Source: Okamejei kenojei
Taxonomy: Eukaryota
Length of the DNA stretch: 64,000 nt
Direction of reading: 5' to 3'
Assembly (NCBI GenBank): GCA_035221665.1
Contig: CM069162.1
Location: 25,234,001 to 25,298,000 of the forward strand
Part shown: one piece after another, positions 25,479 through 39,350 of the stretch
Numbering within the stretch: the stretch's first letter is position 1
How the letters are laid out: every line of letters starts with the position of its first letter
The notes under the pieces: generated by a model
What the model saw: only the letters and a program-made list of their open reading frames with translations
What the model was told of the DNA's origin: nothing
Database searches by the model: none
Program-made: the position numbers and the translations under genes

Positions 25479-26789
25479 AGACCTTCCAAAGACTGAATGT
25501 GGTGGACTCTACCACGCCACATGCACTGAAGGACTTATATCTGGAGAGAAGGAATGGATGACGTTTCTGGTCAAGACCATTCTGAGGAAGAACGGTCTCG
25601 ACCAGAAACGTCATCCATTCCTTCTCTCCAGAGATGCCCGCCTGTCGTGCTGAGTTACTCCAGTATTTTGTGTCTATGCTGGGTGACCGACACCATTGCG
25701 TATGAAGTAGGCTTTGAGCCTGGGCACAGTCTTTTTCCATGCCTAGGTAGTTGTGCCCTCAGAAAGACTCTCGGAAACCTGCTCCAAGTGCGAGTGCTGC
25801 ATGGTCCACCTGCCCGTGGTCAGTTCCGTGCACTTTTTATGACGTCGCTGAGCCAAAGCTGGGCCGGACACTGTTGCTAGGATACCACGAAGACCTCGAG
25901 TTACAGTTCCTCAGGCAATGTTGCACGGGTCTCTCAGTCGGCCTCTCAATCGGTGGTTTAGTCTTTCAGTTTTGTAACCATGAGCTCAGATGTGAGTGGG
26001 GGTTGGGTGAGACTCATACCGACATCTAGTTTCCCCGGGATTCCTTCTCATTTTGTCTAGCGAGCAAAAGCAGCGTAGTATTGGCATTGGCGTTAGTTTG
26101 TTATTGTCAAAGGCAGCAAGACACAGTAAAATAAATGGTAGAAACTGAAAAGTTATTGTTTATGTGCTTTCCAGTAAAATCACATTGGACATGAATATAT
26201 TCATGCCCAACACAAGTACAACAGGTAGTGCAGAGAGAATATAAACCCGAGTGCAGACTCTAGTGTTGGAGCACTGGAGCGTTACAGTTGCGGAGAAAGA
26301 GTCCCATGGTCCAGCGTGTGGAGGTGTAAGCTGGGGGGTGGGTGGGGGTTAAGATGAAACAACAATAGAGACGGGGGCAGGGGGGGAGAGCGGAGGCAGT
26401 GTATGGAATCTAACTGTGTGAACACAGACAGGGCTCTGGAGTGGGTGCTTTAGTTCAGGTCAGCAGCAGACACTCCCACCTGCCCCAACAGATAGGTTTC
26501 ACTGGAAGCTGCACTAGACAGCTGAACTCTGACCCCACCTGCCCACAATAGCCACTCTCCCTTTTATGTTCTCTTTAACTGTCCCTCAGAAAGGAAAGTG
26601 CTTCGCAGGGAACTCGGGCTCAGAGCGAACTCATAGGTGTAAGCAGACGGCGCGTCACCCTGAGGTAACACTAGAGGCACACGGGCCCACAGCACCAGAC
26701 TCACACTGTGTCTGCAGACACACTCTCTATCCTTCCCATCCTGCAGAGGAATCGGTCACAAACAGAAGCATAAAAATAACTCTACCTGC

Positions 26790-27025
26790 GTGCATGCATA
26801 TGCATGTGCCTGTGCGGATGAGTGAATGTGTGTGTGTGTGTGTGTGCGCATGAGTGTGTGCATGCATGTGCGTGTGCTTATGAGTATGTGTGTGTGTGCA
26901 CATGAGTGTGTTCACACATGTGCAGTGTGTGGGTGTGTATGAGTGTGTATGCATATATGTGTGTGTGCATATCCGTGTGTGTTTGTATTCTGAGTATGTG
27001 AATGAGTGCGTGCATGTATGTGTGA
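26790..27025. repeat. (TG)n-rich microsatellite
   Basis: Direct inspection. Confidence 0.95.
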
Positions 27026-27119
27026 GAAAGACAATAATTGTAACATCTTTCATGAAGGGGATCATATTGTGGTTCCTGAGAGTCCCAGGGAACTGATTGG
27101 AGGAGAGAGCTGGAGAAAT

Positions 27120-27440
27120 GGTTTGATTGATTGAAAGATGCAGCATGAAAGCAGACCCTTCGGCCCACTGAGTCCACGCTGACCTTCAATCACCTGGCAC
27201 ACTGGTTCAATGTTATACCTTTTTCGCATCCACTCTCGGAAGACAAATTTACAGAAGCCAATTAACCTACAAACTCACACATCTTCAGGGTGTGGAAGGA
27301 ACGGGAGCACCCGGAGGAAACCCACGTGGTCACAGGGAGAACACGCAAATCCCACACCGACAGCAACCGAGGTCAGGATCGAACCGGGGTCTCTGTCACT
27401 GTGAGACAGCAGCTCTACCAGTTGCACCACTGTGCCACCC
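27120..27440 (-). mobile_element. HE1-type V-SINE
   Basis: Reverse-complement consensus with intact B box (ggatcgaacc). Confidence 0.9.
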
Positions 27441-30400
27441 TGCAGAGTTTGGCATCCCCACCCTCAGCGTTGTCCAAGTGGATGAACGTTCTCAGGGATT
27501 AAAGGTGTGAGAGGGTCAGAGCAAATGAACCTCCCGGTACATCACCAGCGCTGGCATCCTAGGGAGACGGGGAGAGAGATAGATGTTGTGAGAAGGAAGA
27601 ATTAGAGGGAGAACAGGGGATGGGAAAAGAAAGAACGAGAAATGAGAGCTGGGAACAGCGTGGGTAAGTGTTGCTTGTGGAGGGTTGTGTCAGTCTCCAC
27701 AGTGTCTGGGATTGATTACACCAGGAGCTGGAGATAAAGATCAGGCTGCAATTTGTCTCACAAATGACCCCTTACACAAGGGAGAGGTTCTGCCCCACTC
27801 CTTGCAGCCGAGCCGGACCTGTTTATGAAGATGGATGTGCTCCAGGTGCTGAAGTGTAACGGTGCAGCTAACACCACAGCAGCTCACACCGCCAGGAAAT
27901 ATGCACCATGGCCCACACTGCCTTCTCCAATACCACTGCTCACGGAGTATTCCAAAAGGCGGCTTCACTAAAATCATCCCTCAAGTGGCAGTGGTACATT
28001 GCCTCTTCCTCAGCACCTTTGCACATGAAGCAGAAAGTTTGCTGAATGATTTGGAAGAGCAGTGAGCCTGGACGACATATACTCTGTGAGAGTAACACCC
28101 AGGGCAGGACCGGGCACAGGGCATTGCAAGGGTTGGGGACAGCTTTGCGAGAGAGGGAAAGAGGAGGAATGGAAGGCGACGTTGTGTGAAGGTAGGTGGT
28201 GGGGTGATAGGGTGAGAGATAGGGGAGTGGAGAACATAGAACAGTACAGGACAGGAACAGGCCTTTCAGTCCATGTCCAACAAGATGCAGCAATGTGGGG
28301 AAAGAGGGAAGGGAGTAGGTAGACTGAGGGGCGGTGGGGAGAGGAGGAGGGGCGGTGGGGAGAGGAGAAGTGGCGAGATGGAGAAGGGTGAAGTTGCCAA
28401 TGAAGAGGCACTCCTTCACACCTTGGATTTATTATGGGGTCGGTAAAAAGAACAGAAAGCTTTCCCTCAGTGAGATTTTAATTAAAAAACCATGGCAAAG
28501 GTACACAGCTTTATAAAGGCATATACTGGCAGAGGGGAGAAGTTTAACTTGACATCCCGTTCAGCAGGGACACTGTGGGCTGAAGGGCCTATCCCTGCAT
28601 TGTACTGTTCCGTCTGTTCCAGGGGACCAGTCAGCATTGGGATCGCCGATGGTACAGGCTGAGCCTCATCACAGGGTGTGGCAGAGACACACTGGGCGGG
28701 ACCTCACCGTGTGTGATGGGGTGAGGTGAGTGAAGGGGAACCCATGTCCCAGCTCTGGCATGGTGCCACGGGAAGCAGAGGTGGGCAGACATGCAAGTTG
28801 TGCTCCCGACTGGTCACCTACCTTACACCCCCCCACACGGCTCACTACTACGGACAACGTCACATCGATAAGCCAGTGACTGCCCTCATTTAACTCTCTG
28901 AAGCTACTTGTTCCCACTTGTTCCCACTTGCTCCCCCGCCAAACTCTGTCAAAGTTGTTCTGTCTCGGCGACTCCCATTCTACCGTGAGCGCAAGGATCA
29001 CAGTATTTACGGGATCATTCTGTTCCCTGCACACAGGGGAAGAGAGGGAGAAAGAGAGGGTGGGAGAGGGTGTGGGAACTGGAAGTGGAAGGAGGGGATG
29101 GAAGAGGAGGTCAGAGAGAGGGTTGGAGTGCAGTGGGTGGTAGGAGATGAGAGGTGGGGGGAAAGCGAGGGAAAGAGAGGGGGATGGAGTAGGAGGGTGA
29201 GAGGGAGAGAGAGGGAGAAAATGGGTGAGTGAGAGAAGATAGAGGGAGACTGAAAAGGAAGAGAGAGAGGGGCTGGATTATTCTCACACTCTCTCCATTG
29301 TGTGTCAGTCCCGTGACTTGTGGGAATATCTATGTCACATGGATTCTGCTGTTTAAATAAATCAATTTACTCATAAATGAAATTAGTGAATATTGTGACT
29401 GTTCATCGAACAAAGATTCAGTGATGACAATTCCAGTTTGACTGATACATTTACAACATTTAGTTAAACATCCAGCGGAAAGATGCTGGAAGATTGAACT
29501 GAGCTGTGAGGTCACATTTATTTGGAGAAAGGGAGGAATAATTATATTTAAAAAGGAAACAACTAAAGTCTTACGAATTCTAGAACATCTTCCATGTCTT
29601 CAAATTCTCCATATATTTATATCCAGGGAACCACTTTAGTCATTGTGGGAAATGCTTCTGGTAAGAGTAATGTGACAATGGCTAAGGAACTTGTTGCTGG
29701 GGTTGAGGAATATATATTGTTAGAGCATTGGGGAAAACCCGGTTTCTTCTCTGAAACAGACACTTTGAAAATTCCACCATTTTTTGAATGCAGAGGGTTA
29801 AAATAACCTTCAGACTGGGAGTGGCTGCTTAGATGAGACACTTTGGACCTTCTGATACGGAACCTTGGACCTTATGATACGGACCAAATAAATGAACAGG
29901 GATCTCAATGGTGGAATCCCTTACCAGGCTTTGATAGGCACATGGGTATGCAGGGAATGGAAGGATCACGAGCAGGCAGAGGGGATTAGCTTTACATCAT
30001 GTTCAACACAGATATTGTGGGTCGAAGGGCCTGTTCCTGTGCTGTACTGTTCTATGCTCTATACTGTCTGGATTGGGGAGCATTAATTATAAGGAGACGT
30101 AGGTCAAACTTAGATTTGTTTACTCAGCAGTAAAGAACCTTCAGCAAAGCCATTTCTGGCCTCATTCATTGTTTTAATTCCAGCTGAGTTTGGTGATGAG
30201 AATTAGGCTCCTGTTAAAAAATTTGGACTGCTGGTCTATATCTCAAATGGGATTTAACAGCACACTGCCTGTTTCACACAACAAGTTGCGCACCGCAATC
30301 ACCGCTGTCCGGCCACTTTCGGGGAATCCAAAGTTCTTGAAAACAAAGACCCAACCTTGTGAAACCACAAAAAAGGCACAACATGCTGGAGTAGCGCAGC

Positions 30401-33035
30401 AGGCCAGGCAGCATTACTGGAGAACATGTATAGGCGATGTTTTGGGTTTGGACCCTTCCTCAGACTGATTGTAAAAAGGAGGGGAGTGAGCTGGAAGATA
30501 GTGTGGTGGTGGTGGGGGGGGGGGGGGTCAGGGCTGGACAAAGCTAGGCAAGTCATACGTGAATACCATAAGTTGTTCAGAACAAGTTGTGAAACCACAT
30601 CTTCAGACCGAATACATCAGTTACAGGTAGAATCAGTGCCATAAACACTTGTGAATGATTCCTTGGTTAATGGATCAGATCAAAGGGCTGCCTTCCCTTA
30701 CACCTGCATGTGTACAAAAAATTAAAAGAACAATAGGAAAAGGAGCTTCCATAAACCTCCATCCTCAATGGGCCAAGAAAATGTATTGAAACGTTCAGAA
30801 GAAGCAGCAGCCATGAGGGCTGGTGGATGAGGCACCTCTATGTCCTCCACTAGTTTCCACCTTCACTAGATGCTAGCCTTCAGCCAATTCAATTCAACCC
30901 ATGCCATAGCAAGGGACGGCAAAGGACTTTGGATTCATCCAACATTCATCCAGCAATATCCCATCCCACTGCATTGTTGAAGATCCATTGTCCAGACAGA
31001 TGCAGTTTGCCAGACAGACCACTACAGCGATGTAGACAATTGGCCAAGTACGAACTGTCCACTAAAAGCAAGACCGAATCAATCCAAGCCTGTTGCCATT
31101 CATCAGCCTACTGCCCATCACTCTACTCGCCCTCCCTCCCCTCCCCTTCCTCTCCCATTCCTCTCGCTCCACCTCCCCTCGCTCTACCCCCCCCCTCCCT
31201 CCCTCCGCTCCACTCACTATCGCTCCTCACTCCCCCTCACATCCGCATCAGGGGCATGGAGCAGCCATCGACTGCACTATGGCATAGCAATAAATCCATC
31301 AACATGAACTCAGCTACCCTTGCTAGAGAGGGGGCCAAAATAGACAGCTGTTTGAGAGAGGTAGCCTGGACACGATAGTGTCGAATATACTCTTTCTGAG
31401 CTAATAAGATTCTAGTATTCTTATCGGCTTGCGAATAGCTGAGAGTTTTACACTTGTTTTGTTTCCGAACGAGTGAGGAGTGGAAAATCTTAAGCTTGCT
31501 TGTAGGAAGCAGTAATAAAGGTGACAGCTGTTGTCAGCACGCATTCCAGAAGGATTTCTCACAGCCAGAGTCTGCCTCTTCCCACCACTTTCAAGCCCAC
31601 CGATCCCGCAAACATTTTCTACATTTCAGTGCCGATCTCTCAGGCTCTCTGGGGCCTTCTGAAAAACTACAAACATTAATCACTGATATGCCTGCAGGAT
31701 GCCATAATCTGCCCACTCCCTGCCCCCACAACTCAGGAGTAGTAAGCTGAGAGGGTCTAATGAGAACTGGAGGAATTAAGACCCTCACTAGTCAAGGAAT
31801 CAGTCATGCCTGTGACTGATAACTCTCTTCAATGGTGTGGAAACCTCAGAGTTCCTGAACATTGCACAAAACGAACCACTACCTCAGCAACTATGATCTT
31901 CTATGGACCGGTCTTTGGTTGCATTACAGACCTGGATTTTGCACGATGATGGAGTCATGGAGTCATAGAGTCATACATCGTGGAAACAGGCCCGTCGGCC
32001 CACCTCGCCAACACCGACCAACATGTCCCATCTACACTAGTCCCACCTACTTGCGTTTAGCCCATATCATTCTAAACTTGTCCTATCCATGTACATGTTT
32101 GAACGTTTCTTAAACGCTACGATAGTACCTGCCTCAGCTACCTCCTCTGGCAGCTTGTTCCATACACCCACCACCCATTGTGCGGAAAAAGTTACCCCTC
32201 AAGTTCCTATTAAATGTTTCCCCCCTCACCTATTATGGTCACCTATTATTACTGTTATCAATGCATTGTACTATTGATCTGTACCATCTGTGGAGGGAAT
32301 GAGCAGATGTTTTGGGTCGGAACCATTGTTCAGTAGGTCTATTCCCTCCACAGATGCTGCCTGACCCGCTGAGTTTCTACAGCACTTTATGTTTTTTTTT
32401 CATCTGAAATCTCTGCCCCATTATTGGTCACATTGCTATTTGTGGGATTGTACGCAGCTTCAGATCTGCTACCCAAACGTCTCTGTCTTCAGCAGCATTC
32501 CCTGACATCCTGAGAACCTGCAGCTTGCATTGAATCCTGCACCTTTGGTTTCTGGTGCAGACGCAGTTTCATAAATGTGACATCTTCACTAACTGAACAC
32601 ATCAATGGTGGCTCACTAGTCTAACTTCTGCCCAGCATTGTCACTGACCAGTAAAAACTCTCATCTCCCTGTTCCCCCTTGTGCTGTACTTCACTGGAAA
32701 CAATATCTGATGCTTGCCACTTAATGGCAGAGTTCTGTCAAAACCATGCTCAATGCCAGTGAGGTTTCCTTTACTTCACTTATCTATTTTAAGCTGGGTG
32801 TAGTCTTGATCTTCCAACCTAGCTCATTTCAGACATTGGACTTTTTCTTTGTAACTGTAACGCTGCAAAGGTGTAATACTATTCTGCACTTTGGTGCTTT
32901 TTTTCTTTGCAGTACCAGTTGTACTGGTGCATGGCTTGATTGACCTCGTGTATCGTATAATTTGATTTGACAGGAGAGCACGCAAACTACAGCTTTTCAC
33001 CGTATCGTGGTACACTTGACAATAATGAACCATGT

Positions 33036-33340
33036 GGGTGGCACAGTGGTACAGCTGGTAGAGCTGCTGCCTCACTACACCAGAGACTTTGCTTCACTTC
33101 TGACCTTGGGTGCTGTCTGTGTGGAGTTTGCACGTTCTCCCTGTGACTGCATGGGTTTTCTCCAGGTGCTCCGGTTTCCTACCACATCCCAAAGACGTGT
33201 GGGTTTGTAAATTGCTCCCAATGTGTTCGGAGTGGATGAGAAAATTGGATAGCAGAGACCAAGTGAAAATGGGCGACTGATCGCCATGGTGGACTCGGTG
33301 GGTTGAAGGACCTTTCTCCATGCTGCATCTTTCAATCAAA
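33036..33340 (+). mobile_element. HE1-type V-SINE
   Basis: ggcacagtggtacagctggtagagctgctgcctcac head, V-domain and tail. Confidence 0.9.
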
Positions 33341-34589
33341 CAATACCAATATCACTCAGTCAGAACACCCCAACATTAAAACTGGGCAATATGGTGACCC
33401 TAAACCACAGGACAAAGCAAAAGCTAATTTTCTGCTTCTATTAAAAATAAGATATTGCCACAAATAATTCAGTATGACAGAACTGGTAAGAGACTTCACC
33501 AATGAAAGACACCATTCTACACTCTGCCCTAGAAGCAAGGAATGAAGCAACATCGAAGGAAACTATTCAGCCCATTGTGCTACCGCTGGCCTCTGGGTAC
33601 AGACAACCAATTAGTCTCACTCCCCACACATTCTTTGTAACTCTGTGTTTTTTGTCTTCCACTCAAATATTTATCCAATGCCTTTATGAAAGTTTCTATT
33701 GAATCTGCTGCCACATCATCCTCTTTCATGCAATGCTCTCCAGATTAGAACAACTTGTTATGTTACTGATTCATTTTCCTTTCATCTGTGTTCTCTGATT
33801 GCCAACTCTTCTGCAATGAATAAAATCCTTCCATCTCATTCTGCCAAAGGATTTCAGAGTTTGGAACATCTTTATCAAAGCCCCTCTGAAAATCCCATGC
33901 TCGAAAGAGAACTATCTTACTTTCTCTAGTTTCCTTCCACGGAACTGAAGTCCTATAATGCCACCATGGATAATGTATCCTGGGCAGGACCTTCTGAATG
34001 GGACCGTTGATCCCACTCTCTGACTGGGCAATCCCACTCTGAGGGCATATTGAATGGAGAGCCAAGTGAGGAATCAATGCAACGATGTCTACTTCATGCT
34101 GTCTTCCTGAGTGATCTTCACACAACTTTGGAATTTTACTCTCTTGGAGGTCCTGAACTTTACCGTGAGTTTCAATGTTGAGCTGAGAACTTAGCCCTGT
34201 GGAGATATGGAATGCTCTGTCAGAGAGATGCAGCACAACTTCACTGAGTGAATGGGAGCCATCCACCATTTCACAGAGGTGCACCCGTCAAAGGGCTGAG
34301 CCCCATGGATCAGAACAGTCCATCGTTTGAACCAGATTTACTTATCACCCTTGGCTGCAGAGAGGTTGTCATTGAGGGAGACAGAAAGATCTGGCAGGTT
34401 TCATTTTTCTGATTTCTTCTCCATGATCCTTCTGTCTGTGGGCTTTAGGACCTGACAGTCATTGTGCTCTGTACTGACAATACTCTCGGTTTTCATCACC
34501 TGGTAATGGAGGGTGTTTGGTGGCTGGATAACCATGTTCTGTAAAGATTGAAATTGCTCTTGTGGCACTGTTCAGTCACATTCTGCAGA

Positions 34590-35040
34590 ATCCCAAACTG
34601 TCCATGCTGAACATGGTGCAAATTGATCTCCTCTGCCTGCATGTGATCCATATTTCTCCAATCGCTACATATCGTATCTGCCTCCACCACCACCCCTGGC
34701 AGCAGATTTCAGGCACCGACACCCTCTGTGTAAAAAACTCACCCCACACATCTCCTTTAAACTTCGCCCCTATTATCTTAAAGCTATGCCCTCTAGTCTT
34801 TGACATTTCCACCCTGGGAAAAAGGTTCTGACTGTCTACTCTACCTATGTCTCTCATCATTTTATACATTTCTATCAGGTCTCCCTTCAACTTCTGATGT
34901 CCCAGAGAAAGCAATGCAAGTCTGTCCAACCACTCCTTGCAGCTAATACAGCCCTCTATTCTCTGATGTTTCCACCCTGGGGAAAAAAATGGTTCTACCT
35001 TTCTACTCTTTCCACGGCTCTCATCATTTTATATCAGGCT
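34590..35040 (-). mobile_element. CR1/HER1-type LINE fragment
   Basis: LKGDLIEMYKMMRDIGRVDSQNLFPRVEMSKTRGHSFKI...FFTQRV is a typical CR1 ORF2 C-terminus. Confidence 0.85.
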
Positions 35041-36249
35041 GTACACATCTATGTTCTATTGGAGTGCACTTCCAAAGTTCCTTTCTAATTAAGTCCCATT
35101 CTCCATAACTCCATCTCTTACAAAAGGTGAAGACACGGCAATATTTTCATACAAATGTGTTGAGAAAGGGAGCTTTGCCGAATGTTTAACAGTATGAAGG
35201 TCTGGTGAAGGGAGGAGTGCAATGTGATCTTAACCCCAGCTGTGATCTTCACACCCATCTGGTGGAGAGTTGTCAGGGCAAAGGCTCACTCACTGTTGCT
35301 GAGGTTTCTTTCTGAAACCATTCCCTGGAGCCTTGGTGTAATTACAAAACTAAACAAACATCTTGTACAACCTCCACTCTCACACCTTGATGATGGTGAT
35401 TTACTGGTCAACATATCGCTGCCCAAAGATTCCAATCCCAATGGACCAAGTCATTTTCCATTCCCTTGCTCTGTCCAGAATCGAAATAAATCCAAACCTT
35501 TCCTATTTACTCCCCTTTGCATAATTCATAAAAATGTCAAATACTTTACAATTCACTCCCCTTACACAAGGGTTGCGCGGTGACACAGCAGTAGAGTTGT
35601 CGAGGCAGAGACCCGGGTTTGATCCTGACTGCGGGTCCTGGAGGGATTTGAACGCACAAAGTGGAAACGTTGGATTGTTGTTCTTGGAACAGAAGAGACT
35701 GAGAAGGAATTTGGTGGAGGTATTGAAAATGATGAAAGGTCTGGGCAGAACAGACAGAGAGAAATTGTTCACATTGGTAGAAGAGTCAAAAGCAATGAAG
35801 GTGATTGACAAGGAGTGTTACAAAGGATGGTGGTTAGGGTCTACTTCCCTGCCAGGGGAGGCTTCTGAAAGCTGATTTAATTCAGTTTTTAAAAAGAAAG
35901 GAGTTACAGGAGTGGGGTGGATGGTGAGAATACCTGGGCTAGATTCGATGGGCCCAATGATGTCAGTTTACTTCTGGGGTCTCGAGACAATAGAATACGC
36001 ATGCTGCATCATGGATGGGACTGGCACTTGCCCTTTCACTATGTCTGTTTGAGAGGAGGAGCATGTTGCAAGGTCCAGTTAGAATGGGACACAAGGTGAG
36101 GGAATTTGTTGGGAGCCCCAAATCCCATGGGCTCCCCAAACCTCAGAAAGAAGAACATGTGACCCACGGCGACGAAAATCAGGGGGACATGGTGATGACG
36201 GCAACTAGGGAAGAAAAGATAGTCGTCAATATTGAAAGTGCCCTTTTCA

Positions 36250-36768
<519 letters not shown>

Positions 36769-36894
36769 TCACAATCACCGGAGAAACATCAGCTTTTGCC
36801 AGGGCCACAGTCAGTGAAGGACAGCCCAAAGCAGAGATTGTGGACACAACTGCTCACAGGACTCGTGGCTATTCCACCATGCAGTCACCCGAGC

Positions 36895-37153
36895 GATAGA
36901 CAATAGGTACAGGAGTAGGCCATTAGGCCCTTCGAGCCAGCACCGCCATTCACTGTGATCATGGATGATTATCCACAATCAGTACCCCGTTCATGCCTTG
37001 TACACATATCCCTTGACTCCGCTATCTTTAAGAGCTCTATCAAACTCTCTCTTGAAAGCATCCAGAGAATTGGCCTCCACTGCCTTCTGAGGCAGAGAAT
37101 TCCACAGATTCACAACTCTCTGGGAGATTCCACAGATTCACAACTCTCTGGGT
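36895..37153 (-). mobile_element. CR1/HER1-type LINE 3' fragment with a short tandem duplication at its 5' end
   Basis: Same 3' UTR family; attccacagattcacaactctctggg occurs twice at 37099-37152. Confidence 0.85.
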
Positions 37154-37612
37154 CATCACTTTTGTGATGTATCAGGAGCCCATCATGAAAATCAAGAGAG
37201 GTCCATAATCCGCCCAAGACTAATTTCAATCCAGTCCCATCTCAAACCCATAGCACATGTAGTCTTAGATTATTATCACAATAGCAATGCTTCTAATCCG
37301 AATAAAAATCACTTATGAACACATCAGGGCTTCTGATCTGATGGCCAACTGTAAATGGAGTAAAGAAAACCTTGGAGTCACAAGGAACTGCAGATGATGG
37401 TATCTTGAGCAAAATACAAAGTGCTGGAGGAACCCAACCGGTCAGGGAGCATCTATGGACTGAATGGACAGGGATCCTTCTTCAGAACTTGATGCCCTGA
37501 AAAACCTCAATGCCCTGAATTCAGGTTTCCACCTCAAGGCAGGTCTAAGGTCCAGTGCAGTAACCCAGGCAAAAATACCCAGTGTGCAAGGCTGGCTTAT
37601 TGCACTGGGCCA

Positions 37613-37785
37613 AGATCGACCGATTGACCAAATGGTGCCAGCACAATAACCTGGCTCTCAACACCAGCAAAACCAAGGAAATGATTGTGGACTTTGGAAG
37701 GGATAGGATAGGGATCCACAATCCCATTTATATCAACGATGGTGGAAAGGGTCAAGAACTTCAAATTCTTGGCGTGAATATTTCA
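37613..37785 (+). mobile_element. Rex1-type LINE fragment, opposite orientation to the adjacent copy
   Basis: Encodes [27 protein letters not shown], homologous to 38355-38508 on the minus strand. Confidence 0.85.
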
Positions 37786-39030
37786 AGTCAAGTCAAGAGA
37801 GTTTATTGTCATGTGTCCCAGATAAGACAATGAAATTCTTGCTTGCTCTGCACAACAGAGTAATGTAAACAAAAATACAGAACAGCTCAGTTCAATATAC
37901 ACATAAATAAGCAGATAAAGTGCAATAGGCTGTTACAGTTCAGAATCTGTTTGTTGGCAAGTTTAATAGCCTGATGGCTGTTCCTGAACCTGGATGTAAC
38001 AGATTTCAGGCTCCTGTACCTTCTGCCCAATGGTAATGGAGAGATGAGTGTGTGGCCTGGATGGTGTGGGTCCTTGATGATGTTGGCTGCCTATTTGAGG
38101 CAGCGACTGCGATAGATCCCCTCGATGGTGGGGAGGTCGGAGCTGATGATGGACTGGGCAGAGGTTACAACTTTCTGCATCCTTTTCCGCTCCAGGACGA
38201 TGCAACCAGTCAGCATGCTCTCTACTGTGCACCTGTAGAGGTTGGAGAGAGTCCTCTTCGACATGCCGACTCTTCGTAGTCATCTCAGGAAGTAGAGGTG
38301 CTGATGTGCTTTCTTTATGATTGCATCAGTGTGCTGGGACCAGGAAAGATCTTCGGAAATGTGCACGCCCAGGAATGTGAAGTTCTTGACCCTTTCCATC
38401 ATTGTCCCGTTGTGGGTCCCTATCCTACTCCTTCCAAAGTCCACAATCAGTTCCTTGGTTTTGCTAGTGTTGAGAGCCGTGGGCACCATTTGGTCAATCG
38501 GTCGATCTCACTTCTATACTCTGACTCGTTCCCATCAGTGATTCGTCCCACAACAGTGGTGTCGTCGGCGAACTTGATGATGGAGTTTGCAATATGTCCG
38601 GCTACGCAGTCATGAGTATAGAGTGAGTACAGCAGAGGGCTGTGCACGCAGCCTTGAGGTGCTCCCGTGCTGATTGTTATCGAAGATGACACATTTCCAC
38701 CAATACGGACAGACTGTGGTCTGTGGATGAGGAAGTCGAGGATCCAATTGCAGGGGGACGCGCAGAGACCCAGATCTGAGAGCTTGGTAACCAGCTTGGA
38801 GGGGATGATTGTATTGAACGCTGAGCTGTAGTCAATGAATAACAGCCTGACATATGAGTTTTTGTTGTCCAAGTGGTCCAGAGCGGAGTGGAGAGCCAGT
38901 GAGATCGCATCCACCGTTGATCTGTTATGGCGGTAAGCAAACTGCAATGGGTCCAGGTTTTTGTCGAGGTATGAGTTGATACGCGCCATAATCAACCTCT
39001 CAAAGCACTTCATCACCACAGAGGTTATGC
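37784..39030 (-). mobile_element. 5'-truncated Rex1/Babar-type LINE (RT domain to 3' tail), frameshifted
   Basis: ORF 38447-39052 contains [49 protein letters not shown] and KFADDTT; continuation in a shifted frame; AATAAA and (CTTGA)n tail at about 37784-37807. Confidence 0.92.
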
Positions 39031-39139
39031 TGTCCAACTGCCTGCTATCCAACTATAGAAGGCACCACAACTGACTGTGATTCTGCCAGGGCCTAATCCG
39101 TGAGGATAGATGACAACACCTCTACAGCAATAATCAGCT

Positions 39140-39350
39140 CAGTCTATCGCATGGACCAGACTTCCCACCACTGACTCCATCTACAATTCACGCTGCCTCA
39201 GAAAAGCTGCCACGACGTGTCCCATCCTGGTCATTCCTTCTTCTCCCTGGTCCTGTCTGGCAGAAGGTGCAGAAGCTTAAAAGTGCACACCACCTGACTC
39301 AGGAACAGCCTCTTCTCCTCTGTTATCAGCCTTCTGAATGGTCCATTCAT
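39140..39350 (+). mobile_element. Rex1-type LINE 3' fragment (diverged)
   Basis: Similar to the 7.3 kb and 45.6 kb C-terminal segments (cttcccaccactgactccatctac...ggcagaagg..cagaagcttaaaagtgcacaccacc). Confidence 0.6.

Noticed and set aside
38447-39052. Functional reverse transcriptase gene
   Set aside because: 5'-truncated, frameshifted near 38480 and lacking the endonuclease domain; a dead LINE copy.
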